Assembly: GCA_030747785.1 (NCBI GenBank)
Contig: JASLKC010000057.1
Coordinates: 10,495 to 74,494 of the forward strand
Length of the DNA: 64,000 nt
DNA from: Candidatus Poseidoniaceae archaeon
Lineage (GTDB): Archaea > Thermoplasmatota > Poseidoniia > Poseidoniales > Poseidoniaceae
Direction of reading: 5' to 3'
The translations under genes and the position numbers were made by a program. Below are positions 36,216-46,016 of this stretch, piece by piece; the first letter of the stretch is position 1; each line of letters starts with the position of its first letter. Under the pieces are notes generated by a model. The model saw nothing but the letters and a program-made list of their open reading frames with translations, searched no databases and was not told where the DNA came from.

Positions 36216-37166
36216 TCAGACCAAATCTGTAGCCTTCTGTGGCGCACGTGCTTGAACTACGGTTCGGTATACACCATATATTGCCCAAAGTGTGCACATT
36301 GCAATTACCAGAGTATATCCCCATGGAAGGTTCACATCTACAGCCCATCCCGTGAAGATGAGTAGACCCAATGAAACCGCTCCTCTTTGCAAGCCCTGTG
36401 GCATTGCCAGTGACATGTCGAGGTGAGGAGGGCCGCCTCCAAAGCGGCGCTCGTAGAATTCCCCTTGGATAACTGCAGCAATAATCAAAATTGAAAGAGT
36501 GGTCCAGAAGTACACGTTGCCTTGTTCAAAATATGTGGCGGATAGTTCAGCCTGATGCTCTGCCTCGATATCTTCAGCGGTTTTCTCAGAAACAAAGAGG
36601 GATTGGAAATCGCCAACACTAATCGTTCGAAGAGCGGGGTCCGCATCATTTGTAGCATCACCAGGGGCATTGATTGTGAACGGGAGAATATTCCAAGCAT
36701 CTCCATCCGAGAAACTTCCATCTCCATCTACAGCATTTCCTACGAGATTAAAGTGAACATTACCCACGTCCTCTGATGGCGCAGTCCATGTGATTGCCCA
36801 ATCATTGCCGACGGCACTTTGGCTTACGGCGCCACCAGAATCGGTTACTGTTAGGGAACCATCACCGGGTGTCAATGTTCCAGAGCCATAGTCCCAGAGC
36901 ATATATCCGCCTTCGGAATTAGTGGCGTGTTGAAGTGAAATGATGAATTCATAGTCAGTACCGGTTTCATAGGAACGAGGGACTCCTGAGATTGAAACGA
37001 CGACACTGGTAGAAGGTGAACCACCTGCTCCGTGGCACGAACAACCCTCTTCTGGAACGATGCGATCATTTTGCATCCATGGTGGCCCGCCGCTGAACCC
37101 AAAGGCAGGAGCTACCAATAGTAGTGCAAGTCCAGTCATCAGCAAGATGCTGAGCCTTCGTGACAT
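36216..37166 (-). CDS. secreted reeler/DOMON-like domain protein with three C-terminal TM helices
   Basis: Signal LLMTGLALLLVAPAFG. GCSCHG...Y..GTDYEFIISL...GGYMLW...WAITWTAP...VHFNLVGNAVDGDG resembles bacterial reeler-like domains. C-terminal helices are present. Family call is tentative. Confidence 0.5.
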   Translation of the reverse strand: MSRRLSILLMTGLALLLVAPAFGFSGGPPWMQNDRIVPEEGCSCHGAGGSPSTSVVVSISGVPRSYETGTDYEFIISLQHATNSEGGYMLWDYGSGTLTPGDGSLTVTDSGGAVSQSAVGNDWAITWTAPSEDVGNVHFNLVGNAVDGDGSFSDGDAWNILPFTINAPGDATNDADPALRTISVGDFQSLFVSEKTAEDIEAEHQAELSATYFEQGNVYFWTTLSILIIAAVIQGEFYERRFGGGPPHLDMSLAMPQGLQRGAVSLGLLIFTGWAVDVNLPWGYTLVIAMCTLWAIYGVYRTVVQARAPQKATDLV

Positions 37167-37208
37167 GATTCATCGGCACTCGTGTCTTGTTATTGAACAT
37201 TGCCAACT

Positions 37209-37233
37209 CTCCCCGCCCCTTAGGGGCGGTGAG
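37209..37233 (-). terminator. GC-rich hairpin (CCGCCCC-TTA-GGGGCGG with extended arms) between pntB and the downstream gene
   Basis: Read directly. It has a 7-bp G/C stem plus 3-4 flanking pairs, 21 nt after the pntB stop. There is no clear oligo-T tract, so terminator function is uncertain. Confidence 0.25.
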
Positions 37234-37253
37234 GAGAACATCTGGCACAGTGG

Positions 37254-38678
37254 TTAAAGTTCCTTGATGGCACTATTCAATTCGGTCATCATAGCCTTAC
37301 CATCACCGAATAACATCATGGTCTTATCTTCATAGAAGAGGTCGTTATCCACGCCTGCATATCCAACCGAAAGGCTTCGCTTGATGATAACGACGGTTCG
37401 TGCTTGGTCAGCATCGATAATCGGCATTCCTGCCAATGGTCCTTCACCACTGCGTGCTGCAGGGTTACAAGTGTCATTAGCACCAATAACAATCGCCATA
37501 TCACATTCGGAAAATTCGGGATTGATTTCATCCATTTCGATCAGTTGCTCGTACGGAACATTTGCTTCAGCTAGAAGGACATTCATGTGCCCTGGCATTC
37601 GACCTGCAACCGGATGGATTGCATACTTGATTTCAGTATCAAATTTCTCAGCCATCAGGTCAGCGAATTCCTTGACTTGGTGCTGACACTGGCTAACAGC
37701 CATACCATAACCTGGAACGATGATAATCTTCTGAGCACCATCAGCCATCATTGCTACTTCTTCAGCATCGGTACCGGCTTTAGTACGTGTCAATGAAGCC
37801 TTTTCACTGCCGCCGAACGACTTGAACAAGACATCGGTAAGTGTTCGGTTCATCGCCTTGCACATGATGAAAGTCAGAATAAGTCCTGATGCTCCAACAA
37901 GGCTTCCAGCGATAATGAGTACACTATTTCCAATAATGAATCCAGTGAATGCTGCTGCAATTCCCGATAGAGAATTGAGTAGGCTCACTACTACAGGCAT
38001 ATCCGCTCCACCAATCGGTAGGACGAGGATTATTCCAAGAAGACATGAAATTCCAATGATTCCCCATAGGTAATCGGTATTTGTCATATCATTAATCGAG
38101 AGATAAATCATCACTAATACTGAGAAGAAGAGAATTATCTTTACTGGATTGAGCCAAGTTGGACCCCAGGTAGGTGTGCGAATCCACTTGCCGAAAACCT
38201 CTACCCCACCCTTCAATTTGTACATGGCTAGAATAGAACCGGTCAGAGTCATCCATCCAACAAGGGCTGAAAGTCCGGCAGCTACAACGATAACTGGTAG
38301 ATCCAATCCTGTTGGAAGTGCATGACCTTCATCGATGTATTTCCAACTCTCGGAAAGTGCAACAAGAGCAGAAGCTGCTCCTCCGAATCCATTGAACAAT
38401 GCAACCATCTCGGGCATACCGGTCATCTGGACCCTAGCGGCCATGATGTATCCAATTAGAGAACCAGTAACTAATCCTGCAATGATAAGAGTCCATGATA
38501 CAATTCCATTCTCACCTAGTTGCATATCAGCAATAGTGGTAATGACTGCTACAGCCATTCCCATCATACCGTATTGATTGCCCTTTGGAGCAGTTCTAGG
38601 ATGGCCCAATTTCTTCAGGCCGAAGATGAATAATGCTGCGGAAACAAGGTATCCGAAACTAACCCAATCGCTAATCAT
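37254..38678 (-). CDS. pntB: NAD(P) transhydrogenase subunit beta
   Basis: Multi-TM N-terminal half and dIII motifs IIVPGYGMAVSQCQH, HPVAGRMPGHMNVLLAEA, VIGANDTCNPAA and GYAGVDNDLFY. Confidence 0.9.
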   Translation of the reverse strand: MISDWVSFGYLVSAALFIFGLKKLGHPRTAPKGNQYGMMGMAVAVITTIADMQLGENGIVSWTLIIAGLVTGSLIGYIMAARVQMTGMPEMVALFNGFGGAASALVALSESWKYIDEGHALPTGLDLPVIVVAAGLSALVGWMTLTGSILAMYKLKGGVEVFGKWIRTPTWGPTWLNPVKIILFFSVLVMIYLSINDMTNTDYLWGIIGISCLLGIILVLPIGGADMPVVVSLLNSLSGIAAAFTGFIIGNSVLIIAGSLVGASGLILTFIMCKAMNRTLTDVLFKSFGGSEKASLTRTKAGTDAEEVAMMADGAQKIIIVPGYGMAVSQCQHQVKEFADLMAEKFDTEIKYAIHPVAGRMPGHMNVLLAEANVPYEQLIEMDEINPEFSECDMAIVIGANDTCNPAARSGEGPLAGMPIIDADQARTVVIIKRSLSVGYAGVDNDLFYEDKTMMLFGDGKAMMTELNSAIKEL

Positions 38679-38680
38679 GT

Positions 38681-38989
38681 TCAGCCCCTCCTCTTTTTAC
38701 CAGCAATCATATTCAACATTCGATTGGTGACTGCAAAGCCACCTACGACGTTGATCATTGCCAAGGTTAGTGCAACAAATGCCAAGATTCCTGAAACAAC
38801 AGTATTACCACCATCATATGCGACATTAGCTCCAAGCAATGCTCCAACAACACTGATTCCAGAAATTGCATTTGCACCACTCATCAATGGAGTGTGTAGC
38901 ATAGAAGGTACTTTGGTAATCAATTCAAATCCAAGGAAAATCGCTAATACAAATAATGTAATTGATCCAATTAATGTTGCAGGCTCCAT
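38681..38989 (-). CDS. pntAB: NAD(P) transhydrogenase subunit alpha, membrane part 2
   Basis: A 102-aa protein with three TM helices and HTPLMSGANAISGISVVGAL. Sits between pntAA and pntB with a 1-nt overlap and a 2-nt gap. Confidence 0.85.
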   Translation of the reverse strand: MEPATLIGSITLFVLAIFLGFELITKVPSMLHTPLMSGANAISGISVVGALLGANVAYDGGNTVVSGILAFVALTLAMINVVGGFAVTNRMLNMIAGKKRRG

Positions 38990-40152
38990 CAGAGAGCACC
39001 TCCTAGACGAGATTGCTTTGGATGTATTTCTCCATCCTTACAGATTAGTACTCCACCCATGCCATTAACATGGAAATCGCTACCTTCTGGTGCGCCCACT
39101 AGTATGTCATCATCCTCGGAGATGGTGAAACCATTCTCCTTATCGACGAGACTTGTGATGAATGTGGTTAGGTTATTGGAATAAAGCATAGAAGCAGTAT
39201 TTGCAAGAGTTCCAGGCAAATTGGAAGTTCCAACAATGATTACTCCATTATCGGTAGTGTGAATTTCACCGGGTTTGGTCAATTCGCAATTTCCCCCCAC
39301 ATCTGCATTCATGTCTACAACAACTGCTCCGGATTTGAATTCCGCAACAGCACTCGCCGGCACGGTAATGGGTGCAGGCCTTCCGAAAATACGGGCGGTC
39401 GTGACAATGATGTCAGCATCAGCAGCAACTCCACAAACAGTATCGTTTACTTTCTGAATAAATTCCATTGTTAGTGGTTTTGCATATCCGGATTCATCTT
39501 CAAAATCATCCATCCCATCGACCTCGATAAAGCGTCCTCCTACCGATTCAATCTGCTCGGCAGCGCTCTTGCGAACATCTGAAGCATATACTACTGCACC
39601 GAGCCTTTTTGCGGTTGCAATCGCCTGAAGGCCAGCAACACCAGAGCCCATGATTACGACCTTTGCTGGTCGAATAGTTCCTGCGCTCGTGGTCATCATT
39701 GGGATTCCTCTTGGAACATGTGCTGCCCCTAGAAGAACTGCCTTGTAACCCGCTAGATTATCCTGGCTTGAATTTACATCCATTGATTGTGCACGGCTAA
39801 GACGACGTGGTATCATATCCATACTCAACAGAGTTACTCCCCCATCGATACAAGCTTGTACCTTCTCAGGGTGTCTAAAAGGATCTGCTACACATGCAAC
39901 GATTTGCCCTTTAGACAATTCAGATGCGTCCGGAATCCTGATGCTGATTAGAATCTCAGATGAGAGAACAGATGCTCTATCGGAAATTGTTGCCCCAGCA
40001 TCTGAATATTCTTCGTCGCTGTAATTGGCAGCATTACCTGCTCCCTTTTCAACGATAACTTCGAACCCTGATTTCATTAATTTCTTCATACTTCCGGGGA
40101 CAATTGCCACACGTGTTTCGCCTTCTGGTTCCATTGGAACTCCGATTTTCAT
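38989..40152 (-). CDS. pntAA: NAD(P) transhydrogenase subunit alpha part 1 (alanine-dehydrogenase fold)
   Basis: MKIGVPMEPEGETRVA, VVIMGSGVAGLQAIATAKRLGAVV and DMIPRRLSRAQSMDVNSSQ. The Met at 40152 gives the canonical N-terminus; the ORF is open to 40293. Confidence 0.85.
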   Translation of the reverse strand: MKIGVPMEPEGETRVAIVPGSMKKLMKSGFEVIVEKGAGNAANYSDEEYSDAGATISDRASVLSSEILISIRIPDASELSKGQIVACVADPFRHPEKVQACIDGGVTLLSMDMIPRRLSRAQSMDVNSSQDNLAGYKAVLLGAAHVPRGIPMMTTSAGTIRPAKVVIMGSGVAGLQAIATAKRLGAVVYASDVRKSAAEQIESVGGRFIEVDGMDDFEDESGYAKPLTMEFIQKVNDTVCGVAADADIIVTTARIFGRPAPITVPASAVAEFKSGAVVVDMNADVGGNCELTKPGEIHTTDNGVIIVGTSNLPGTLANTASMLYSNNLTTFITSLVDKENGFTISEDDDILVGAPEGSDFHVNGMGGVLICKDGEIHPKQSRLGGAL

Positions 40153-40309
40153 GACATCACCTCGCGTGTGCCTAAGCACACCGACAGATGCGTCGACCAG
40201 CATCCGGTTCTTGAACGACTCGGTCCTCGTTGTCAAATTAGGTGTTCGCCCCAACACCGCCTTGCTTATGGATGGGGGGCGTCTGGGCCCCACACTGGAG
40301 TGTCAAACC

Positions 40310-41248
40310 ATGGCCACCGGACGCAGAAAGATAGCAGTAATTGGAGCAGGAAATGTTGGAGCTACATGTGCATTTGTACTCGCAGAGATGAAAATTGCAG
40401 ATGTTGTAATGCTCGACATTTTTGAAGGATTTGCAAAGGGTAAGGCCCTTGATATGAGCCAGAATGGTAATATTTTGAATTACGATGGTGGAATTACCGG
40501 AACATCGGATTATTCCGATATTGCAGACTGTGACGTCATCGTTGTCACTAGTGGATTCCCACGTAAGCCTGGAATGACTAGGGAGGATTTGATTGGCAAG
40601 AATGCTGATATTGTTAGCCAAGTCGGTGCTGGCATCAGAGACAACGCTCCTAATGCCGTCGTGATTATGGTAACCAATCCACTAGACTTGATGACTTACC
40701 ATATGCAGAAGGTCACAGGATTCCCTGCTAACCGAGTAATCGGCCAGGCTGGAATACTAGACAGCGCCCGAATGGCTCATTTCATCGCTATGGAATTGAA
40801 TTGTGCAGAAGAGGATGTTAGCCCAATGGTACTGGGAGGGCATGGCGATACTATGGTTCCACTACCACGCTACACTACTGTAGGTGGAATTCCAATTACT
40901 CAACTGATTAGCGAGGAGAAAATCGCAGCAATTAGTGCACGTACAGCAAGCGGTGGCGGAGAGATTGTCAAGCTACTTGAGAGAGGTTCAGCATTTTATG
41001 CACCGGGTTCTGCAGCTGCAATAATGGCCGAGGCTGTGTTGAATGACCGCCGAAGATTAATTCCAGCAAGTTGCCATCTAACTGGGCAGTACGGACTTGA
41101 AGATGTTTACATCGGAGTTCCTTGTATCCTAGGAGCCAATGGCGTTGAGAGGATTTTCGAGTTAGATCTGAGCGATGAGGAACTCGAGAGTTTACAAGGT
41201 TCTGCAAATTTCTACAAGAGCCAACTTTCAGAGATTCTTGGTTATTGA
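40310..41248 (+). CDS. mdh: malate dehydrogenase (LDH-like family)
   Basis: RKIAVIGAGNVGATCAF, VVVTSGFPRKPGMTREDL, VTNPLD and GGHGDTMVPLPRY. The upstream 95 codons of the ORF are antisense to pntAA and were dropped. Confidence 0.9.
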   Translation: MATGRRKIAVIGAGNVGATCAFVLAEMKIADVVMLDIFEGFAKGKALDMSQNGNILNYDGGITGTSDYSDIADCDVIVVTSGFPRKPGMTREDLIGKNADIVSQVGAGIRDNAPNAVVIMVTNPLDLMTYHMQKVTGFPANRVIGQAGILDSARMAHFIAMELNCAEEDVSPMVLGGHGDTMVPLPRYTTVGGIPITQLISEEKIAAISARTASGGGEIVKLLERGSAFYAPGSAAAIMAEAVLNDRRRLIPASCHLTGQYGLEDVYIGVPCILGANGVERIFELDLSDEELESLQGSANFYKSQLSEILGY

Positions 41249-41249
41249 T

Positions 41250-41936
41250 TCAAGCGAATAGGATCCAATATCCTACTCCAAACACTACTACATCGCAGAT
41301 TGCGTGAGTCACAAAAGGCACCCAGATACTTCTGTATCTAATGTATAGCCAACTGAAGGCAGAACCACCAACAAAGAGTCCAAAGCACGCTAATAGGTTT
41401 AGCCACATAGGGAATCCAAGGAAATATAGTGCAAAGAAGTGATGCATTACGAAGATGCCTGCTGAAAGGAACACGGTCTTCCACATACCCTCAATTATTG
41501 CTTCTGCCTTCTCAACGATGAACCAGCGAAACACATATTCCTCTAGGACAGAGTTTCCAAATGTCCAGAATATCGCACCTGCGATATATGTACTTGCAAC
41601 CGTCAAACCAAATGGTTCGAGTGCGGCTCTAAATTCCGTAGAATCTACATTATCAATACCGAAAAACACCCATGCAATGAGCATGATAATTGCGAATAAC
41701 CCACCAAGAATTAGAGCTTCTTTGAATCCACCATTTTGTGGCTTGGACCATGATATTGGTAAATTGTCCACCCTTAATCTCCAGATTAGTGGTAATCCCA
41801 ACATCCATAATTTTGAGGTAAACCACGATATTTGACCAAGTAAACCTTCACCTGTACCGAAGGATGCTAAAACGGAAACTGTAGGCGCAATGCCGACAAG
41901 AAATAGGCCGAGTAATGCCTTGTTTCTATCATCCAT
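41250..41936 (-). CDS. CPBP-family intramembrane glutamic protease (CAAX protease-like)
   Basis: About 6 TM helices, EEYVFRWF (EExxxR), FVMHHFF and THAICD motifs. Confidence 0.7.
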   Translation of the reverse strand: MDDRNKALLGLFLVGIAPTVSVLASFGTGEGLLGQISWFTSKLWMLGLPLIWRLRVDNLPISWSKPQNGGFKEALILGGLFAIIMLIAWVFFGIDNVDSTEFRAALEPFGLTVASTYIAGAIFWTFGNSVLEEYVFRWFIVEKAEAIIEGMWKTVFLSAGIFVMHHFFALYFLGFPMWLNLLACFGLFVGGSAFSWLYIRYRSIWVPFVTHAICDVVVFGVGYWILFA

Positions 41937-41937
41937 T

Positions 41938-42588
41938 TCAGCACTTCCTAATCGCTAAACTGTGAGTACTACCAACCGATGTAGCGTCTGAAACGGGATT
42001 TGTTTCCCGGATCAATTCCTTACCCTGCCGGCCACGTGATTTCATTCGAGCTAGAATTTCTTGTCCAATGTAGCACCCCTTGTCCTCATGCACTAGGTGA
42101 CTCAATCCGCATGCATATGGATGGTTTGCATTGGTTATTTCATAACCGGGATGAGGAATCATATTTTCAATTCTCCAATCGGTGAATTCAGATTCATTCA
42201 TTGTTATAGTTGGTTCTTTTCCATTTGGTGAAACAATCAGCCATCCGCGAAATGTGTGAACCTTCGTAACTCCTTCTTGTACATCCAAATTTTCAGTAGA
42301 TAGTAGAACTGAATTCGATTCTGAAGCATCGGAAATTTGCACATCCTGTCCGAGTATACGTGGAATTAGGTGGCTTAGCAATGCTTTTTTGTTAGGCCCA
42401 TGACCTACAAGAGCGATGAATGAATCCATATCAATCACATCGACCATATCTATGACTTTAGCAACTGAATTTGTGAAAACTGTAGTACATGAACCTTCAA
42501 TCTTATTCGTAGATAATCCATTGATAAATGCAATAGCATTCTTACCATTGACAATTAGCACATAGCCGTCTAGTGAGACGACACCCAT
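41938..42588 (-). CDS. ygfZ: YgfZ-type folate-binding Fe-S cluster repair/assembly protein
   Basis: The signature KGCYIGQEILARM near the C-terminus and a GcvT-like N-terminus. The Met at 42588 lies 8 nt after the iscA-like stop. Confidence 0.7.
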   Translation of the reverse strand: MGVVSLDGYVLIVNGKNAIAFINGLSTNKIEGSCTTVFTNSVAKVIDMVDVIDMDSFIALVGHGPNKKALLSHLIPRILGQDVQISDASESNSVLLSTENLDVQEGVTKVHTFRGWLIVSPNGKEPTITMNESEFTDWRIENMIPHPGYEITNANHPYACGLSHLVHEDKGCYIGQEILARMKSRGRQGKELIRETNPVSDATSVGSTHSLAIRKC

Positions 42589-42596
42589 GGAATCCC

Positions 42597-42911
42597 TCAC
42601 GCAAATGATTCGCCGCAACCACAAGAACTCGAAGCATTCGGGTTGTTAATCTTGAATCCTCCACCCATTAGGCGATCGACATAATCGATTTCAATTCCAT
42701 CTAGTAGATGCGAAGTCGCATTTGGAATTAGGACTCTGAAACCATCTATCATTAATTCTTGACAATCCTGTTCGGTTGACTCGACTACCTGTAAATCATA
42801 CATATATCCTGAGCAACCACCTGAAAGGACGCCGACAAGAAGTGCCTGGGAGCGGTCCTCTCCAAATGCTCCATTGAGCATTTCTTTTGCCTTATCTGTG
42901 ATTGTAAGCAT
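42597..42911 (-). CDS. A-type Fe-S cluster carrier (HesB/IscA/ErpA family)
   Basis: LTITDKAKEML, GGCSGYMYDL and the C-terminal NPNASSSCGCGESFA. The internal Met at 42911 gives the usual ~105 aa. Confidence 0.85.
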   Translation of the reverse strand: MLTITDKAKEMLNGAFGEDRSQALLVGVLSGGCSGYMYDLQVVESTEQDCQELMIDGFRVLIPNATSHLLDGIEIDYVDRLMGGGFKINNPNASSSCGCGESFA

Positions 42912-43048
42912 GGCACTAACAACTGCGGGCACATGTATTTGCACCGCGGGAGCGCTATCGCAAGTATTGCAGTCCATGTTCTATTGGGCATGCTTGCCCC
43001 ATATCAATCTGTGTGGTAAAACTCCAAAATTGGCATTGATTGTGCTAT

Positions 43049-45286
43049 TCAAGCCAGTTTTCGTTGTTGTTCCTTATGCAAGATAGTACAACGACGAATT
43101 TGCTCCTTAGCAAGTTTGACTTGTTCTTCATCAAGACCCCTTGGAATAGACTGTTCAAAGCATTTTATCGCATCACCAAAACGCTGCATTTCCGCATAGG
43201 CTGTACCCATATTGTACAGTGTTTTTCCCTGTACACCTGAAGGGTTGATTACCATGGCCTTGTGGTATGACTCTACACATTTGGGATAATCTGCAAGATA
43301 GTATAGGGCATTTCCCCTACCATTCAGAATTCGTATGACCATTTGGTCATCACCTGCAAATGAAGGCAATGCACGGTCGAAACATGAAAGCGCTTCTCGG
43401 TATTTCTTATCCTCGATAAGACCAACGCCCTTGTTGTACCATTCAATATCCTGATTTGCGATAGATCTTGAATCTGAATCCTTTCCAATACTCTCAGTTG
43501 TGTCGCGTGAAGTTGCTTCAAGTGCAGCAGCAGCAAGATCCACTTCGGGACGTGCTTCTTGGACCAATGGTTCAGGTTCTGCACGCTCAGTCAATACTGG
43601 TAGCGGAACTTCAGCTTCAGGTTCAACTTCTAATCCATATCCTAGGTTTGATACAGGTTCTGGAGCATAGGGTTGTTCTGGAGCAGGTTCCGGTTCTTCC
43701 CCATCCATCATCATAGATAGCGGGTCATATTCTGGCTCCAGATTACGTAGGGCGTTTGCCTTTTCATGGCATCTTTGGGCAGTTGAATAATCTCCCGCAG
43801 CCTCAAGAGCACGTGCTAAGCCTGTCCAAGAATCGGGGTTTGACTTGTCTTCCTGGATTAGTGCCTTCCAACTCATCACTGCTTCAGTGTGCTTACCAGC
43901 AGCCGAAAGAGCTCGCCCCATCAATGCCGTATTTCCATCGAGCAATGATACGGCTTCTTCAGCTAGTGCTGGCCCTTCGGGAATTGTCGGTGGAAGACCT
44001 GCGGTATTTTCGAGAACACGTGCTTCACCTTCAGCCAATTCAACTAGTAATATCGCAAATTCATTACGAAGTACCGGATCATTGGCTGCAAGAATACGTC
44101 TAGCGGAGAGTAAGCGTTCAATATCACCAGAGGCTTCTGCGATTTCAGCTAATCTTTCTGCTGCCTTCAAATAAGTTGCATCTCTTTCTAACGCACCCGC
44201 AAAACACTTTGTTGCAGCCTCATTATTGCCTTTTCTTTGGTGGATTGCACCTAGATTGAACCAACTCTTAGCATGATTATCGTTGAGTCCAAGGGCATGA
44301 GTATATGCTCCGATTGCATGGTCATCAAGTGACATGCTAGCCATTGCTCCAGCAGAGATATTCCATGAATCAAAGTGTTCTGCCGCCTCTGAATGTAGAT
44401 GGGGCTTCAATAGTGTTAGAGCTCCTTTAGCGTCACCTGCAGCGAGTAATTCTTTCGCCTCCGCACAAAGTGCATCGAGATCTACAGCCTCAGGAACAAG
44501 CTCCACTTCAGGTATTACTTCTGGCGCAGTAGTGAGTTCTGGAGTTTGCACTTCAGGTACAGAATCTACCCCCTCAGAGAGTAAATCATCACCAATCGGT
44601 TCAGATGCGCGTTGAATTTCCTGTGACTGCCAATTTGAATCAGTATGTGGCAATAACTGCGGAGTTGTAGGAATAGTAGCGCCGGATGCCTTTGCTTTTT
44701 CGAGTATTGCAATCAATGAGGGATGGCCTGGGAAATGTGAGAGTGCTTTAGATGCGATTTCCGCAGCACCAGAACCATCTTCGATTCTATCTAGTAATAC
44801 TGCAAGATTTGCTAGGGCAGGGCCATGTTCTGGATCGAGGTCCAAGCAAATAACGAAAGATTGTTTTGCACCTTTCGAATCTTGCTCTGCCTCAAGTAGG
44901 ACTCCTCGATTGAACCAGGCCATTGCATTAGATGGATCAAGCGCAATCGCACGGCTGAATGATGATAGAGCACCTTTGTGGTCAGAATTCCGATGAGCCG
45001 CTTCCCCAGCATTTACCAATTCATTAACCTCATCTTCGAGGGTTTGGGCTTCAGAAATTTCCGAGGTATCATTCTCTTCAACAATCACAATTTCCGTTTC
45101 CGCTGACTCTTCATTATCATGTTCCGAATTGCCGCTGGCAACCGTACGAACAACCCCAGCCATAGAGGACATCATCGCATCAGTAATCTCTGCAGCAGTG
45201 TCGATTGCAGACTCGACAATACCTTTCTCTTCGCCCTCGGACATCGGGTCACCGAATCTGCTGGCTTTACCATATGCGATAAGCAT
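43049..45286 (-). CDS. TPR-repeat protein (745 aa)
   Basis: More than 10 units of the W/Y-x-x-x-G-x-x-x-x-x-x-x-x-x-x-A-x-x-x-F/Y-x-x-A-L type (AMAWFNRGVLL, AKSWFNLGAIH, IEWYNKGVGL, LYNMGTAYA), separated by acidic/Pro-rich linkers. Confidence 0.7.
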   Translation of the reverse strand: MLIAYGKASRFGDPMSEGEEKGIVESAIDTAAEITDAMMSSMAGVVRTVASGNSEHDNEESAETEIVIVEENDTSEISEAQTLEDEVNELVNAGEAAHRNSDHKGALSSFSRAIALDPSNAMAWFNRGVLLEAEQDSKGAKQSFVICLDLDPEHGPALANLAVLLDRIEDGSGAAEIASKALSHFPGHPSLIAILEKAKASGATIPTTPQLLPHTDSNWQSQEIQRASEPIGDDLLSEGVDSVPEVQTPELTTAPEVIPEVELVPEAVDLDALCAEAKELLAAGDAKGALTLLKPHLHSEAAEHFDSWNISAGAMASMSLDDHAIGAYTHALGLNDNHAKSWFNLGAIHQRKGNNEAATKCFAGALERDATYLKAAERLAEIAEASGDIERLLSARRILAANDPVLRNEFAILLVELAEGEARVLENTAGLPPTIPEGPALAEEAVSLLDGNTALMGRALSAAGKHTEAVMSWKALIQEDKSNPDSWTGLARALEAAGDYSTAQRCHEKANALRNLEPEYDPLSMMMDGEEPEPAPEQPYAPEPVSNLGYGLEVEPEAEVPLPVLTERAEPEPLVQEARPEVDLAAAALEATSRDTTESIGKDSDSRSIANQDIEWYNKGVGLIEDKKYREALSCFDRALPSFAGDDQMVIRILNGRGNALYYLADYPKCVESYHKAMVINPSGVQGKTLYNMGTAYAEMQRFGDAIKCFEQSIPRGLDEEQVKLAKEQIRRCTILHKEQQRKLA

Positions 45287-45339
45287 TCCCTGTTTGTGGT
45301 CCGCTGAATTGATACGACCCTAAGGGGTCGATAACGCCG

Positions 45340-45990
45340 ATGAGGCCAACTTTCACCAGTGAATACGGTGGTTCTTTCACCCTCATAGAGCCGGGCTCAC
45401 TTGAGTTATCCAATCGTGAATTAACAGTCACTGAGCCCTATTTCATCGGGCAACGGCCAGTGACGCAAGTCGAATGGGTTGCCATAATGGAGGACAATCC
45501 TTCGAAGTTCCAGGATGGTTGGGCCGCAGGTTTGCGCCCGGTCGAGCGAGTTAGTTGGCTTGACTGCCAGAATTTCATAAATGTGCTAAATGACAAGGAA
45601 ACTTTAGAGCGGTTAGGACTGGTTGGACGTTGGCGTTTACCTACAGCTGACGAATGGGAATATGCATGCCGTGCTGGAAGTGTTTCTAGATGGTTCAATT
45701 CAAATGCTGATAGCGACTTAGATGAAGTGGGATGGCATGCTGGCAATTCCGGAGCAACAACACGAGAAGTAGGGCAAAAAAAAGCCAATGATTGGGGCCT
45801 TTATGATACCCATGGAAATGTTGCCGAATGGTGTAGTGACGTCGCCGGAAAGGAAGGTCTCAAACGCGTTCACAAGGGAGGTTCATGGTTGATGGAATCA
45901 GAGTCAACTACTGCAACAGCAAGTGGAGTCTCATCCGTAGACAAGAAATCAGATGGGATTGGATTGCGCTTAGTTTGGGCGCCATTGTGA
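45340..45990 (+). CDS. formylglycine-generating-enzyme (SUMF1/FGE-sulfatase) domain protein
   Basis: PVTQVEWVAIM, VSWLDCQNF, WRLPTADEWEYACRAGS, GLYDTHGNVAEWCSD, KGGSW and GLRLV. Confidence 0.75.
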   Translation: MRPTFTSEYGGSFTLIEPGSLELSNRELTVTEPYFIGQRPVTQVEWVAIMEDNPSKFQDGWAAGLRPVERVSWLDCQNFINVLNDKETLERLGLVGRWRLPTADEWEYACRAGSVSRWFNSNADSDLDEVGWHAGNSGATTREVGQKKANDWGLYDTHGNVAEWCSDVAGKEGLKRVHKGGSWLMESESTTATASGVSSVDKKSDGIGLRLVWAPL

Positions 45991-46016
45991 TGTACTTCCC
46001 GCCCTTGGATAATGTC

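Noticed and set aside
37032-37043. CSCH in the reeler-like protein, considered as a c-type heme attachment site for the nearby CcmE-like chaperone.
   Set aside because: The spacing is CXCH, not the canonical CXXCH (or CX3-4CH). The Cys/His pair fits the conserved start of reeler-type domains instead.
40025-40309. A 95-codon N-terminal extension of the mdh ORF.
   Set aside because: It overlaps pntAA in antisense. The canonical MDH N-terminus (RKIAVIGAGNVG) starts right after the Met at 40310.
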